Shown: positions 63,845 through 64,000 of the stretch, piece after piece
Layout of the letters: each line of letters opens with the position of its first letter
Numbering within the stretch: the first letter of the stretch is position 1
Assembly (NCBI RefSeq): GCF_009914755.1
Contig: NC_060935.1
DNA from: the human T2T-CHM13v2.0 reference genome, Homo sapiens
Length of the DNA stretch: 64,000 nucleotides
Reading direction: 5' to 3' (one strand)
Made by a program: the position numbers and the translations under genes
Notes under the pieces: generated by a model
What the model was told of the DNA's origin: nothing
The model's input: only the letters and a program-made list of their open reading frames with translations
The model's database searches: none

Positions 63845-64000
63845 TGGGTGGAGCTGAGATGGCTGAATCAAGGCAGCTCCTCTCTGCTTCTCCCACCGAG
63901 AAGGACAAAAACTGGGAGTGAATGCTGCATCTTCAACTGAGGTACCAATGTCCTCTTATTGGGACTGACTAGATGGTTGGCGTGACCCACGGAGAGCCAG
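63845..64000 (+). mobile_element. 5' end of an older L1PA (PA8-13-like) element, continuing past the window
   Basis: gagatggctgaat...gcagctcc...ctgcatcttcaactgaggtacc...ttgggactgactag...tgacccacggagag. Confidence 0.8.

Overview
This is primate (human-like) intergenic DNA, mostly transposable elements, with no intact protein-coding gene. The only host-gene remnant is a 5'-truncated, frameshifted MAS-related GPCR (MRGPRX-type) pseudogene on the minus strand at 53820-54555, which points to the MRGPRX tandem cluster (11p15.1 in human). An old diverged duplication links about 1-1575 with about 49016-50170. It looks like two copies of a cluster unit (candidate non-coding exon 1/promoter plus intron), and only the left copy keeps a GTAAGT donor. 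From about 1990 to 40050 there is an almost continuous nested TE stack: Tigger1, L1MA, two L1PB, L1PA, an internally deleted HML-6-like ERV-K provirus, LTR10, MER11, THE1/MST MaLRs and Alus. The most notable observations are: (1) an L1PA whose 5'UTR was spliced before integration, with the exact donor-97 to acceptor-~790 junction; (2) an ERV-K carrying a captured class-I (MER41-like) 3' end and second polypurine tract in place of env; (3) rare variants shared by two L1PA copies 43 kb apart, possibly gene conversion; (4) several TSD-less deletion breakpoints; (5) an unexplained ~94-bp hairpin. I found no convincing wholly new biological system. Repeat subfamily names are from memory of consensus sequences and need RepeatMasker/Dfam confirmation.
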